From positions 1-34,139 of IMG/VR virus record IMGVR_UViG_3300025251_000041: a DNA stretch of 34,139 nucleotides, one strand, 5' to 3'. Shown in pieces: positions 17,264-27,076 of the stretch (position 1 is its first letter; the number at the start of each line of letters is the position of its first letter). The notes beneath the pieces were generated by a model. The model was not told the DNA's origin, searched no databases, and saw only the letters and a program-made list of their open reading frames with translations. Source of the stretch: a virus. Its lineage: Duplodnaviria > Caudoviricetes. The translations under genes were made by a program, and so were the position numbers.

Positions 17264-18898
17264 ATGCCATTGCAAATACAATATCAGCCTAACGCGATGA
17301 TGCTGGGCAGCATGGCCCAGTCTGCTGGCGAGGCTTCGTACAACCGCTGGCTGACGGAGTTCAACCAGCAGAAGATGCAGATGAACGCCAATGCGTTCGC
17401 GACTGGTTTCGCCAACATGGGGTTGCCGATTGCCCAGATGCAATCCCGCGAGCGGATGGTCAACGCTCATGTGTCTGCGCGGGGGCAGCAGCTTGCCCAG
17501 AAGCGGTTGGATGATGTCCAGTGGTGGGACGAAAATGGTGCCCGCGTTCAGGACATGGTCAGCAGCAACCTGATCGGCAGGCATGGTCCGGGCGTCGTCA
17601 ATGACCCGATGTTTGCTGACCAGGTGGTCAATGCCCCCAAGTACATGACGCGGGAGGAGGGGCAGAAGAGGCTGATGGACTGGTCGTCCAACAGCGAGAA
17701 GGCTCGTTCGCACAGGCTGGCTTGGTCCCCCGAGGCGTTGCAGGCGAGGTCTGCTGGCCGACTTGCAGACGCCGAGGCTGCCTCAAAGCCAAACCCGGCG
17801 TTTCAGCAGCAGATGCAGTCGTTGCAGAGAAGGTTGAACGACAAGGGTTTGAAGCCTGAAGCTGCGCAGAAGATGGCTCGTTCCATCATGGATCGGGTCC
17901 AGAGGCATGGAGACCGTTCGTCCAGACAGCAGACCCACGAGGAGGTCACTCAGGCGTTGATCAGAACCGCCCCGATGAATCCTGACGCCGGTCCTCTGGG
18001 CACGTTGCGGACTGTCACTCTGGACCCGAAGGGTGGTCCCCCTAGGGTGGAGTTCCATAACCCGAACATGGACTTGATGGAACAGTACAGGAGCAATGCG
18101 TCTCAGATTGAGAAGTTGAGCGAGCCGCCAACTGAGTTTGGCGTGACTGTTGACTTGACTGACCAGCAAAAGGCTGCTCGGTTGAACGCGAGGAGGGGGT
18201 TGGAGCGACACAACAAGGCAATCATGCAGCAGATCTATGGCGTTGACAAAGATCCCGCTCCCGATCCGATTGACGCTGCTCAGGAGTTTCAGGACAAGAC
18301 TGATGTCTGGAGTCAGCAGAAACACTCTGCTCAGGGCGTGAACAACCAGGAATACATGGATTACCTGAAGAGGACAGGGTTCATGGACGAGTGGCTTAGG
18401 GGGTTTGGGGTGAGTGATCCGTCTGAACTTCCTGCGGAGTGGTGGACAGGAATGGGCTTCTCGTCGCCACCACCCAAGCGTCCCGATGCCCGTGGTGTAA
18501 TGCAGCGGGACCAGGAGGACACCGGGAAGGCTGTCAGGAACATTGGAATCCTGAAGGAACTGGAGCAACTGAGGCCGAATAGGGGTCGTGTCGAAACCCC
18601 TGTCTCGCCTCAGCCTCCATTGCGGGATCAGTTGCAGGACATTGAGCGTGAGCAGCGGCGGGAGTCTATGGCTCCAGAGTCGGTGGATGACGCCAAGCAG
18701 ATCCGCAGGGCGATAGGTCAGAGATACGGCCCGGACTTTACGAAGTGGCCCCCGGAGGCTATCCAGCAATTCCGTGACGCCACGGAGTTCATCAGGGTAT
18801 CGGGTGACCCCAAGCCCGCCGCACCCAAGGCTTCAACAGGGACACCGAGAACACGCTCGACCTGGTCGTTTGGCCCCAGTTCATCATCACCGATGTAG
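17264..18898 (+). CDS. Putative internal virion / DNA ejection protein
   Basis: 544 aa, Gln/Met/Ala-rich helical, typical podovirus position. Confidence 0.6.
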   Translation: MPLQIQYQPNAMMLGSMAQSAGEASYNRWLTEFNQQKMQMNANAFATGFANMGLPIAQMQSRERMVNAHVSARGQQLAQKRLDDVQWWDENGARVQDMVSSNLIGRHGPGVVNDPMFADQVVNAPKYMTREEGQKRLMDWSSNSEKARSHRLAWSPEALQARSAGRLADAEAASKPNPAFQQQMQSLQRRLNDKGLKPEAAQKMARSIMDRVQRHGDRSSRQQTHEEVTQALIRTAPMNPDAGPLGTLRTVTLDPKGGPPRVEFHNPNMDLMEQYRSNASQIEKLSEPPTEFGVTVDLTDQQKAARLNARRGLERHNKAIMQQIYGVDKDPAPDPIDAAQEFQDKTDVWSQQKHSAQGVNNQEYMDYLKRTGFMDEWLRGFGVSDPSELPAEWWTGMGFSSPPPKRPDARGVMQRDQEDTGKAVRNIGILKELEQLRPNRGRVETPVSPQPPLRDQLQDIEREQRRESMAPESVDDAKQIRRAIGQRYGPDFTKWPPEAIQQFRDATEFIRVSGDPKPAAPKASTGTPRTRSTWSFGPSSSSPM

Positions 18899-18916
18899 GG
18901 TGGGTACTAGGGAGCC

Positions 18917-18994
18917 ATGCCTGACGAACACGGACAACCGACTGAAAAACTGTTCAATCTACACAGAAACATGCCAACCTCGATGCAGTTTTAA
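18917..18994 (+). CDS. 25-aa leader ORF MPDEHGQPTEKLFNLHRNMPTSMQF, in frame with the giant gene
   Basis: AGGGAG just upstream of ATG 18917; TAA 18992-18994, then CCA, then ATG 18998. Confidence 0.4.
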   Translation: MPDEHGQPTEKLFNLHRNMPTSMQF

Positions 18995-18997
18995 CCA

Positions 18998-21900
18998 ATG
19001 GCCGATCCACCGACTGAAGAACTGCTCAGGTCGATAGACGACCAGCTTGATGCAATCTATGGCACGGAGCCTCTGCCGGATGAGGCATACGAGGCACCGA
19101 AGGTTGATCACCAGGTTCTGGTGAACGAGGCCCTGAAGGTTCTCCGTTACCCGGACCCCGAGTCCCCCGAAGACCGTCTGGACCGGAGGGACTGGACTGA
19201 CAACGTGATCATGAAGAAGGCCAGGCAGAAGGATCTGCCTGAGACTCCTGCGGGCGGGATGATCGAGGCACCGTCTCCTGTTTCTGACAACTACGGGCGT
19301 CTGATTGTTGATCCTTCCGTGGCTGAGGGCTTGAAGGAGTTCAAGTCCAAGTTCAGCAAGGCTCTTCTTGAGCCAGACAAGGAGTCGGATGAGTACAAGG
19401 AATGGCTGGGCAAGTACACGCCATTCGAGCGTCGAGAGGCGAGGGAGATCGCCCGTTCGTATTTCAAGAACAAGGACCGCGAGGAGGCGAAGCGTCACCA
19501 CAAGGAATACTACCAGCAGTTGAGCGACATGTATGGCCCGGTGGTGGGTGACAGGTTTCTGGGGAACGTGGGTGCTGCGCTGGAGGGTTCCTCCAAGAGA
19601 TCAGTTGCTACTTTCAGTCGTCTTGTTCAGTGGAAGGACAAGCGAACCCAGAAGGAGTGGCACGAGAAGGGTCACGAGTTTCTCCGTGACGCGGACCTGA
19701 TGGACGAAGCGGCCAGCGAGGTTCTCGGCACGGGTCCGTGGGGGCAGGCGTTCCGTGGTGCCACGAGTTCGGTGATCGAGGCCAGTGTGGCTGGCACGGC
19801 TGGACTCCCCGGAATCATTGGTTGGTTCACGTTGTCCCGAGGAAGCGAGGCGGCATACGAGGCGGACCAGGCTGGCCTAACCGGCAAGGACAAGACGTGG
19901 TACGTCGTGACTTCCGGTGGCATCGAGGGTGGCGTGACTGCTGCCTTTTCGGCGATTGGCCTTGGCGGCTTCGAGTCGAAGATTGCCGGTGGCGTGGTCA
20001 GGCAATCCTTGGGCAAGGTTCTCAAGGACTTGGGCATCCACGGGATGGCGGAACTCACCGAGGAAGAGATCATCGCTGTTGGTGATGCAGCAAACCGGAC
20101 GTTGCAGGGCGTGGACCCGACTGCCGCCCACCCGGATCGTCTTGGTCCCCTGCTGGCCGATACCTTCAGGACAACGCTGCTTGCTCAGGGCATGGCCGAG
20201 AGCCGTTCATGGGTGGGCAGGTATTACGCGAAGAACAACTACGAGGAGGCGTTGGCTCTTGCGGGTAAGACCAAGCTGTCTCGCGGTGACTCGAAGATCG
20301 TCGGCACCACGGGGGAGAACAGCGAGAGCCAGCGTAACGCGATACTGGGGAACCTGGTCCAAGAGATAAACCGGATCAAGGCAGGTGAACCGGAGGTCGA
20401 GCCGGATCTGGGTCCGACACGGGATGAGGTCACGGGCACAGAGGCTCCAGCCGCACACCCCGGCCCACCAGACCCTGCTCTCAGTCCTGAGCAGGTGCAG
20501 GTACAACAGGAGATTGCCGATAAGAGGGCAGCGGAACCGTCCGTGGAGCAAGTGGAGTCTGGGACGGTAGTGAATGTCTGGGTTCCCGACCCATCGAAGC
20601 CGAGAACGGGCACCAGCAATCAGGGGAGGGTTGTTGAGCAGCGCGGCGACACGCTTGTTGTGGAACTGCCAGACGGGTCTATTCACGAGCGTCCTGTAAG
20701 CGAGGGTCGTTACGATTTCGAGTCTGGCGTCAGTTCCGGCGAGGCCCTTGGTCGCACGGTGAACAGTGGCAAGGCCGGGGCGTTGAGGCAGAATGTCGGC
20801 AAGGAGGCGGGGGATCGGTACGAATCAGACTACCGGGCGGCACAGGATGAAGAAGTGGCCCGCAGGCTTGATGCCAAGGTCGCCCGTCCGACCCCGCTAC
20901 CGGAGGCTCCGACTGAGACTGCTCCTGCACCGGTCGAAGCTACTCCTCCTGTTGCCGCAGAGTCCCCGGTAAAGGTTGCGAGATATACCCATGCTGACGG
21001 GAAAGGGATATTGGACAATTCAGGCTTGGACTTATCCAAGCTGAACGATGACGAAGATCAGGAATTGCTCGAATTGAGATCGTATGGACTTCAGCAACCA
21101 TTAGAAGTTCCTCCGAACGGAGTATTCTTTTTCACGGAGGAGGGGGAGAAGAAGAACTCTCGGTTGCTGGAATTGCTTGAGAAAGCGTCCATTAAGGGTG
21201 TGGTCAGAACAGAATCCTCTTACTCAGGAACTCCAGTCTGGGAATCCGGGGACGGGCAAGTTGCGCTGGACCCTTCGCAGATTGTTGACGATGTGTCGAC
21301 GCCTGCCCCAGCCGCCCCCGCCCCAGCAGAAGCTGCTCCTCTTGAAGCAGAGCCAGAGCAGGCTGTCCAACACGACAACGAGGGAACGACGGTCAGTGTT
21401 CCTGTTGCGAGGGTGGACGAACTCAAGGCTCAGGGTCAGTCCGAGGCTGTTGCTGAGAGCCAGGCTGCTGCCGAGCAGGACGTGCCGATTGACACGTCTG
21501 GTATGCCAAAGTGGCAGAAGGCACTGTACGAGGCTGGTCGTGGCAACACGATTGTCACCAATGATCAGTTGGGCGGCATCCTTGACGAGATCAATCAGGC
21601 TGTCAAGGACGTAGCCAAGGGGCACACGCCCGGCTCCATCTTCCCGATCACCGACAAGATGGTCCGGGCGACGACCAAGCTGCTGGTGTATATGGCTGAG
21701 GCTGCTGCCAAGTCCAGTGTGCGTCTGACCAAGAAGAAGATCATCGAGTTCCTGCGGCAGTACCCTCCGTTCAACCTTCGTGACCCGAGGAAGAAGAAGG
21801 CCAAGCGAAAGAGCCGGTGGCTGATCACGGACGCTGAGATCAGCAAGATGCTGGATCTGCCTGTCACCCTCGAATACGTCGTCACCTTCGAGGACGGTTC

Positions 21901-24900
21901 CCAGCGGATCGTCATGGCCGACAGCGAGGGGGAGGCTGCGGCCAAGACTCAGGCGTGGCAGCAGGAGCAGATTCCCGGCTGGATCGACCTCGCCGCGCAG
22001 ATCGACCCGACGCTACCGGAGGCTGCACAGAGGCATCAGGCAATCAAGAGCGTGAAGGCTGCACCTGCCCGTTCGATCATGGAGCGGATGAAGCAGATCT
22101 GGAACAGGGCCATCGATCTGCCCTCTCGCCGGGTGGTGGTGAACCAGCAGATACGCTGGACCGAGGGCGAGACGGTCGAAATGTCGGCCAGGAAGTTGCT
22201 GAAGATTTCTCTGGGTCGTCAGAGGCGGGCGGCGCGGGCGGGTTACACGGCTGCTGTTGTCAACGAGGGCATGACGTGGCAAGACATACTCAGTTCTGCC
22301 CAGCAGTTGCCTGACGGCGTGGAAAAGCGAAACGTCCTGAAGATCCTTCAGCGTCTTGCTCGTGCGAGGGTGGGCACTCCTCGTGGCAAGGTTGCAATGG
22401 AGAAGGCGGTCAAGGCGTTGAACACGCTGCATGAGAAGTACGAACATGCTGCGGCCTTGAGTGAACTCCGTGCGCTGGAGGCCAGTGTTGCCAAGTCGAA
22501 CATAGATCCCAAGTACAAGAAGGAGATCGAGGAGATTCTGTCGGGCCTGCGCCTGACCAACCACACGCAGAAGACGATAGATCGGATGAAGAGCCTGTTG
22601 GAGGCTGCTGCCGAGGACGGTGTGGGTCAGATCCCCCAGCCTTTGATTGACAAGGCGAACGACGTTCTCGCCAAGTACGACGACGGTGTAACTCCTGCCA
22701 CGGAAATGTCAGCCGCAGACCTGCGTGCAGTCACCAAGAAGATCCAGTCGATGCTTCACCAGATGGCACTGAAGCGAGTGATCACGGTCAGGGGTCTTGA
22801 AGAGGACCGGGTGCAGGTTGAAGAACTCGGTGCGGACGAGATCACCGAGAGGTCAAACAAGGCAAGGGGGGTGAAGGTTGGGACCGGCAGGGCCAGGAAG
22901 AAGATGAACTGGTTCAAGCGTCTGCTCTGGTTTGATCAGGCGAGTGTGGACACGCTGGCTTATCTTCTTGGCGGCAAGGACAGCGTGTTCTACGAACTGA
23001 TGTCCACGCAGTTGCGTCGTGCGAGGGACAAGTTCGCTTCCATACAGAACGCTGGACTGGTTCACATCAGGGGGGCGTTGGCTGCTGCCGGTATCTCCCC
23101 GAAAGCCTTCGGTTCCATGAGCCGTATCGGTGGCGAGAACGTGGTGCAGACGGTCATCGAACTGCCCACCGCCCGTTCATCGAAGAGCGGAGCGAGGGTT
23201 GAGTCGTTGACGCTGACGGTGGGTGAGAAGATCGGATTGTTCCTGCACCTTCAGGACCGCTACACCCGTGCCGAGATACTGGCTGATGACAGTAACGGGA
23301 TCTTCATCAGCAGCCAGGATAGGGAGAAGGGGGACAGCGTCCGCCTGACGATAGAGGACGTGGTTGCCGTCGAGCAGAGCATGTCTCCGCAGGAATTGCA
23401 GATTGCTGCTGCTCTCTCGGAGTACATCAGCAAGACGATGGGGGAGAAGGTCAACGAGGAGTGGTTGAGGCAGTTTGGTTACGAACTCCAGATGCACGAG
23501 AACTACTGGCCGAGGACGCGGGACAGCGAGCAGCGTGAGTCGAGTCCCGAGAACATCATGCAGGAGTTTCTGAATGATTCTCTGGCCCACATTCCCATCT
23601 TCAAGAGCCGGTCCACGTCAACGGCTGCTATCTCGATCAGTGACGCATTCGGCGTCTACTTCTCGCACATCAACCGGGCGGGTTCCTTCGTGTCCATGCA
23701 CGGAGCGATCACTGATGCGTTGTCGATGTTGCATTCCACTCCTGTCCAGAATGCGTTGCGAAACACTCAGGAACACCATGACACATGGACGAGCCAGATC
23801 GAGAAGACGATTGCCGACTTCCGTGGCTTGGCCAAGAAGCAGTCGGATGCGGCTATGGAGGAGGGTCTTCGCAAGCTGATCAACAATTCTCACATCGCGG
23901 CACTGGGCCTCAAGCCTCACATTGCCCTGTACCAAGTGGCATCGTTCATTACCGCTGCGACCAAGCTGGGCGCGATGAAGATGGTGGCTGGGTTGAAGGG
24001 TCTCAGTTCGGAGACGCTTGGCGAGATCATGGAGTGGTCGGGTACGTTGGCCCAGAGGATCACGTCGGGTGGCCAGCAGATCATGTCCCCTGACTACACG
24101 GGCAACGTGGCCTTGGAGTTCTTTGGTGGGGTGGAGAACCGCAGCTACGGTCGCATGAAGCGGAAGGTGGACCAGGTTGCCATGTGGATGATCAAGAAGA
24201 TGGATCAGGTGGTGATCCAGTCCATCTGGCAGGCTGCGAAGAACGAGGGTATCGAGCAGGGTCTTGAGGGTGACGAACTGATGGCCTTCACTCGCGACCG
24301 TGCGGTGGACGTGGTGGACATGACTCAGCCAACGTGGGATCCACTGACCACGTCAACGATGGGGATGGTGGGCCGGTCGTCCCCGTCTCTGAAGATGCTG
24401 GCAACGATGTTCTCCAGCCAGAGGAACAAGAACTTCAACATCACCCTGAAGGCATACAGCGACTTCATGGCTTCCGAGGACAAGTGGAAGGCTGCTGCCC
24501 CCTTCTTGGGAACTCTTGCCACTGTGAACGCGGCCCAATCAGCGGTGGTGTATGGCATGGGGACTGGCGTTCAGTATGCCTTGGCCGCGATGTGGGGTGA
24601 CGACGAGGAAATGGAGGAGGTCGAGGGCATGGGTTACGGCGACCATTCCATCGAGGTTCTCCGCAAGGCCATGGGCAACTGGCTGATCTTCGGTGATGCC
24701 ATCAACGTGGTGGCCGGGTCGGTTCTGGAAGACAAAAAACAGATGTCTCCGGGGTTCCGCCGGGTCCGGGGTACGATCCTGAGCGGTGTGGCCTTGGACG
24801 GGATTGCTTCCGCAGCCGGTTTTTCCAAGGCGTTCCAGCAATACATGGATGACGAGCGGAGTGCCCAGTGGCCGAGCAAGGGTGAGTCGAAGGCGTCGGA

Positions 24901-25789
24901 CACACTGTCTGAGGCGGTTGACAAGTTCATCCGGTCTGCGGGGATGGCCGGTGGTTTCCCGACCGGCGGATTGATGCAGTTGTTCGGCAGGGCGATGCCT
25001 CACCGTGGCAAGAAGCGTTGGGCATACGAGCCGACCAACCAGTTGCACGAACTGGACAGGGAGTGGGGCCGTTCGAGTCCTGCATCCATCGAGAGGAAGT
25101 TGAAGTTGAAGCCGGGCGACCTGTTGTTGCAGGAGCAACTGGTTGCTGCCAAGCGGACGCGGCAGGAGAACCAGGTGGCCCATGACCTGTGGACGTGGGC
25201 AGAGGGCAACATTCTCAATCGGCTGGAGGAAGCGAGGCGTGGCAAGCGTGTCGATCCCAGCGTGCAGATTGGTGCGATGACCCAGTTGGGTGGAGTGGCT
25301 GACGCCTATCAACAGTACGCCAAGACGGGTGACGCGACGGATCTGCTGAAGGTTGTGGACGTGGGGTTCAAGGGCAAGATCGTCAACCAGATCGTGAAGA
25401 CAGTGCCAAGGGACCAGCGTGGCGTGAGTGCTGAGGAGCGGGCCGAGAAGGTTGCCAGGAACGAGGAGGATCGGCAGCAGTATCTCCCCATCGTGAGGCA
25501 GATGTCCCGCGAGGAAGCGATCACCGCCCTGCGGTGGGGTCACATTCAGAACTCCGAACTGAAGACCCTGCGTCGTTACGCTGCGACCTGGCACACGAAG
25601 TACACCGGCACTCCCTACAAGGTCTCGATGCGGATGTTTCTCAAAGAGACCGACAAGCAGGAACTGGTGGACCGCATACTGTCCTACCGCCACACCAGAG
25701 GCAAGTTCACTGGCCTCCCCACGTTCCGGCCACCGGGCCGGTCCTACCGGGTGAAGGAAGACAAGATCAAGTCCCTGTTCGGTGGGTAG
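18998..25789 (+). CDS. Giant internal virion / ejection protein (2263 aa), polyvalent-protein-like
   Basis: Gly/Ala-rich hydrophobic helices near the N-terminus, Pro/Ala/Glu linkers with inserted small domains, long helical C-terminus (ENYWPR, VVDMTQP, MFSSQ motifs). Confidence 0.7.
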   Translation: MADPPTEELLRSIDDQLDAIYGTEPLPDEAYEAPKVDHQVLVNEALKVLRYPDPESPEDRLDRRDWTDNVIMKKARQKDLPETPAGGMIEAPSPVSDNYGRLIVDPSVAEGLKEFKSKFSKALLEPDKESDEYKEWLGKYTPFERREAREIARSYFKNKDREEAKRHHKEYYQQLSDMYGPVVGDRFLGNVGAALEGSSKRSVATFSRLVQWKDKRTQKEWHEKGHEFLRDADLMDEAASEVLGTGPWGQAFRGATSSVIEASVAGTAGLPGIIGWFTLSRGSEAAYEADQAGLTGKDKTWYVVTSGGIEGGVTAAFSAIGLGGFESKIAGGVVRQSLGKVLKDLGIHGMAELTEEEIIAVGDAANRTLQGVDPTAAHPDRLGPLLADTFRTTLLAQGMAESRSWVGRYYAKNNYEEALALAGKTKLSRGDSKIVGTTGENSESQRNAILGNLVQEINRIKAGEPEVEPDLGPTRDEVTGTEAPAAHPGPPDPALSPEQVQVQQEIADKRAAEPSVEQVESGTVVNVWVPDPSKPRTGTSNQGRVVEQRGDTLVVELPDGSIHERPVSEGRYDFESGVSSGEALGRTVNSGKAGALRQNVGKEAGDRYESDYRAAQDEEVARRLDAKVARPTPLPEAPTETAPAPVEATPPVAAESPVKVARYTHADGKGILDNSGLDLSKLNDDEDQELLELRSYGLQQPLEVPPNGVFFFTEEGEKKNSRLLELLEKASIKGVVRTESSYSGTPVWESGDGQVALDPSQIVDDVSTPAPAAPAPAEAAPLEAEPEQAVQHDNEGTTVSVPVARVDELKAQGQSEAVAESQAAAEQDVPIDTSGMPKWQKALYEAGRGNTIVTNDQLGGILDEINQAVKDVAKGHTPGSIFPITDKMVRATTKLLVYMAEAAAKSSVRLTKKKIIEFLRQYPPFNLRDPRKKKAKRKSRWLITDAEISKMLDLPVTLEYVVTFEDGSQRIVMADSEGEAAAKTQAWQQEQIPGWIDLAAQIDPTLPEAAQRHQAIKSVKAAPARSIMERMKQIWNRAIDLPSRRVVVNQQIRWTEGETVEMSARKLLKISLGRQRRAARAGYTAAVVNEGMTWQDILSSAQQLPDGVEKRNVLKILQRLARARVGTPRGKVAMEKAVKALNTLHEKYEHAAALSELRALEASVAKSNIDPKYKKEIEEILSGLRLTNHTQKTIDRMKSLLEAAAEDGVGQIPQPLIDKANDVLAKYDDGVTPATEMSAADLRAVTKKIQSMLHQMALKRVITVRGLEEDRVQVEELGADEITERSNKARGVKVGTGRARKKMNWFKRLLWFDQASVDTLAYLLGGKDSVFYELMSTQLRRARDKFASIQNAGLVHIRGALAAAGISPKAFGSMSRIGGENVVQTVIELPTARSSKSGARVESLTLTVGEKIGLFLHLQDRYTRAEILADDSNGIFISSQDREKGDSVRLTIEDVVAVEQSMSPQELQIAAALSEYISKTMGEKVNEEWLRQFGYELQMHENYWPRTRDSEQRESSPENIMQEFLNDSLAHIPIFKSRSTSTAAISISDAFGVYFSHINRAGSFVSMHGAITDALSMLHSTPVQNALRNTQEHHDTWTSQIEKTIADFRGLAKKQSDAAMEEGLRKLINNSHIAALGLKPHIALYQVASFITAATKLGAMKMVAGLKGLSSETLGEIMEWSGTLAQRITSGGQQIMSPDYTGNVALEFFGGVENRSYGRMKRKVDQVAMWMIKKMDQVVIQSIWQAAKNEGIEQGLEGDELMAFTRDRAVDVVDMTQPTWDPLTTSTMGMVGRSSPSLKMLATMFSSQRNKNFNITLKAYSDFMASEDKWKAAAPFLGTLATVNAAQSAVVYGMGTGVQYALAAMWGDDEEMEEVEGMGYGDHSIEVLRKAMGNWLIFGDAINVVAGSVLEDKKQMSPGFRRVRGTILSGVALDGIASAAGFSKAFQQYMDDERSAQWPSKGESKASDTLSEAVDKFIRSAGMAGGFPTGGLMQLFGRAMPHRGKKRWAYEPTNQLHELDREWGRSSPASIERKLKLKPGDLLLQEQLVAAKRTRQENQVAHDLWTWAEGNILNRLEEARRGKRVDPSVQIGAMTQLGGVADAYQQYAKTGDATDLLKVVDVGFKGKIVNQIVKTVPRDQRGVSAEERAEKVARNEEDRQQYLPIVRQMSREEAITALRWGHIQNSELKTLRRYAATWHTKYTGTPYKVSMRMFLKETDKQELVDRILSYRHTRGKFTGLPTFRPPGRSYRVKEDKIKSLFGG

Positions 25790-25886
25790 CCTCGGCATCG
25801 AACCACAAGATCTAGCGGTCTCGCTGTGCGCACACCGCAGCATGTGGTACAACACGGTAACTCTGTAGCTACTATTGGAGGAATCA

Positions 25887-26081
25887 ATGGGCACAACAAT
25901 CGAGTACATCACCACGACCGAGGCGGCTGAGAGGCTGGGTGTGTGCGGGAGCTACGTTCGGCGCATCTGCTTGGCCGAGGGTATTGGAAGAATCTTCGGC
26001 AGGGACCGTGCCCTGTCTGAATTGGATTTGGATAAAATTCGGAATTGTATCCACCGGCCTGTTGAACATCAGGAACGGTGA
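25887..26081 (+). CDS. Excisionase/MerR-like helix-turn-helix DNA-binding protein
   Basis: YITTTEAAERLGVCGSYVRRIC; SD GGAGG 25877-25881 before ATG 25887. Confidence 0.8.
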   Translation: MGTTIEYITTTEAAERLGVCGSYVRRICLAEGIGRIFGRDRALSELDLDKIRNCIHRPVEHQER

Positions 26082-26090
26082 AGCTACAAT
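26062..26090 (+). promoter_or_regulatory. Sigma70-type promoter for csrA-erf-helicase
   Basis: TTGAAC (26062-26067), 17 nt, TACAAT (26085-26090). Confidence 0.55.
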
Positions 26091-26121
26091 CCTTCCTACC
26101 CAGCACGAAGGAGGAGTGGTG

Positions 26122-26316
26122 ATGCTGATACTCAAGCGGGGTCTTGGAGAGAAGATTGTTCTGGACGGCAGCATCGTGATCACGATCACTGAGATCACTC
26201 GCAGTCATGTGAAGGTCGGGATTGATGCACCCGCCGAAGTTTCCATTTACCGAGAGGAATTGTGCAATGGATCAGTCAGTCCACGAAGAGACGTTGTTTC
26301 ACCAGATGCAAGATGA
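26122..26316 (+). CDS. csrA: Carbon storage regulator CsrA/RsmA family RNA-binding protein
   Basis: MLILKRGLGEKIVLDGSIVITITEITRSHVKVGIDAPAEVSIYREE matches the CsrA pattern ML.L.R..GE.I.I...I.I.V......V..GI.AP....I.REE; SD AAGGAGG. Confidence 0.92.
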   Translation: MLILKRGLGEKIVLDGSIVITITEITRSHVKVGIDAPAEVSIYREELCNGSVSPRRDVVSPDAR

Positions 26317-27076
26317 CAACGACCTGAACGCCCCGGTGGCGGTCGGACAGACGATTACGATGTCCGCTCAGGTTGACCAGTTGTTCGGGGCGTTGGCGAA
26401 GGCACAGGCGGCGATCAAGAATCCGCAGCGCAATGCCGAGAACCCGTTCTTCAAGTCAAGCTACACTGACCTCACGGCGGTTTGGGACGCGGCCCGTGTG
26501 CCGCTGACAGACAACGGACTGTCTGTCACCCAACTGCCCAGCGGCAGCGAGTGGGACATCGGGTTGACCACTATCCTGGCCCACGAGTCTGGCCAGTGGT
26601 TGCTCTCCACGTTCACGCTCAAGGCCACCAAGCCTGACGCTCATGGGGCGGGGTCTGCCCTCACCTACCTGCGCCGGTACGCCTTGGCGTCGGTGGTGGG
26701 AATTGCTCCTGCCGGTGAGGATGATGACGGGAACGCCTCGGTGCAGGATGCGCCTGCCCAGCGTAAGCAGGAGCCTCCGCGTCAGGAGGAGGGCAACGGC
26801 AGCAAGAAGCCGGGCCGCAGGAGCAACGTCGAGGTACTCCGTGATCGGCTCACCGGAATGGGCGTGCGTGATCAGGATACTGCGAACAGGTGCGTGGCCT
26901 ATGCCACCGATGGCAGGATTGCGACCATCGAGGACGCGAAGGCCACGCCCTCGGTGGCACGGAAGGTGCTGATTGCCATCAACGCCAAGGCGGGCGAGGG
27001 CGATTTCCTTGACCGCGTGTTGGGGCGAGTCGTGGACACGGAAGCGGAGACGGTGATTGATGCCAACAACGCTTGA
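26267..27076 (+). CDS. erf: ERF-family single-strand annealing recombinase
   Basis: NPFFKSSYTDL, HESGQW, GSALTYLRRYAL..VGIA..DDDG signature; ATG 26267 after GAGGA. Confidence 0.9.
   Translation: MDQSVHEETLFHQMQDDNDLNAPVAVGQTITMSAQVDQLFGALAKAQAAIKNPQRNAENPFFKSSYTDLTAVWDAARVPLTDNGLSVTQLPSGSEWDIGLTTILAHESGQWLLSTFTLKATKPDAHGAGSALTYLRRYALASVVGIAPAGEDDDGNASVQDAPAQRKQEPPRQEEGNGSKKPGRRSNVEVLRDRLTGMGVRDQDTANRCVAYATDGRIATIEDAKATPSVARKVLIAINAKAGEGDFLDRVLGRVVDTEAETVIDANNA

Noticed and set aside
25887-26081. Evidence of an integrated prophage or excision module
   Set aside because: No integrase, att-like repeat or host genes in the window; lifestyle cannot be determined
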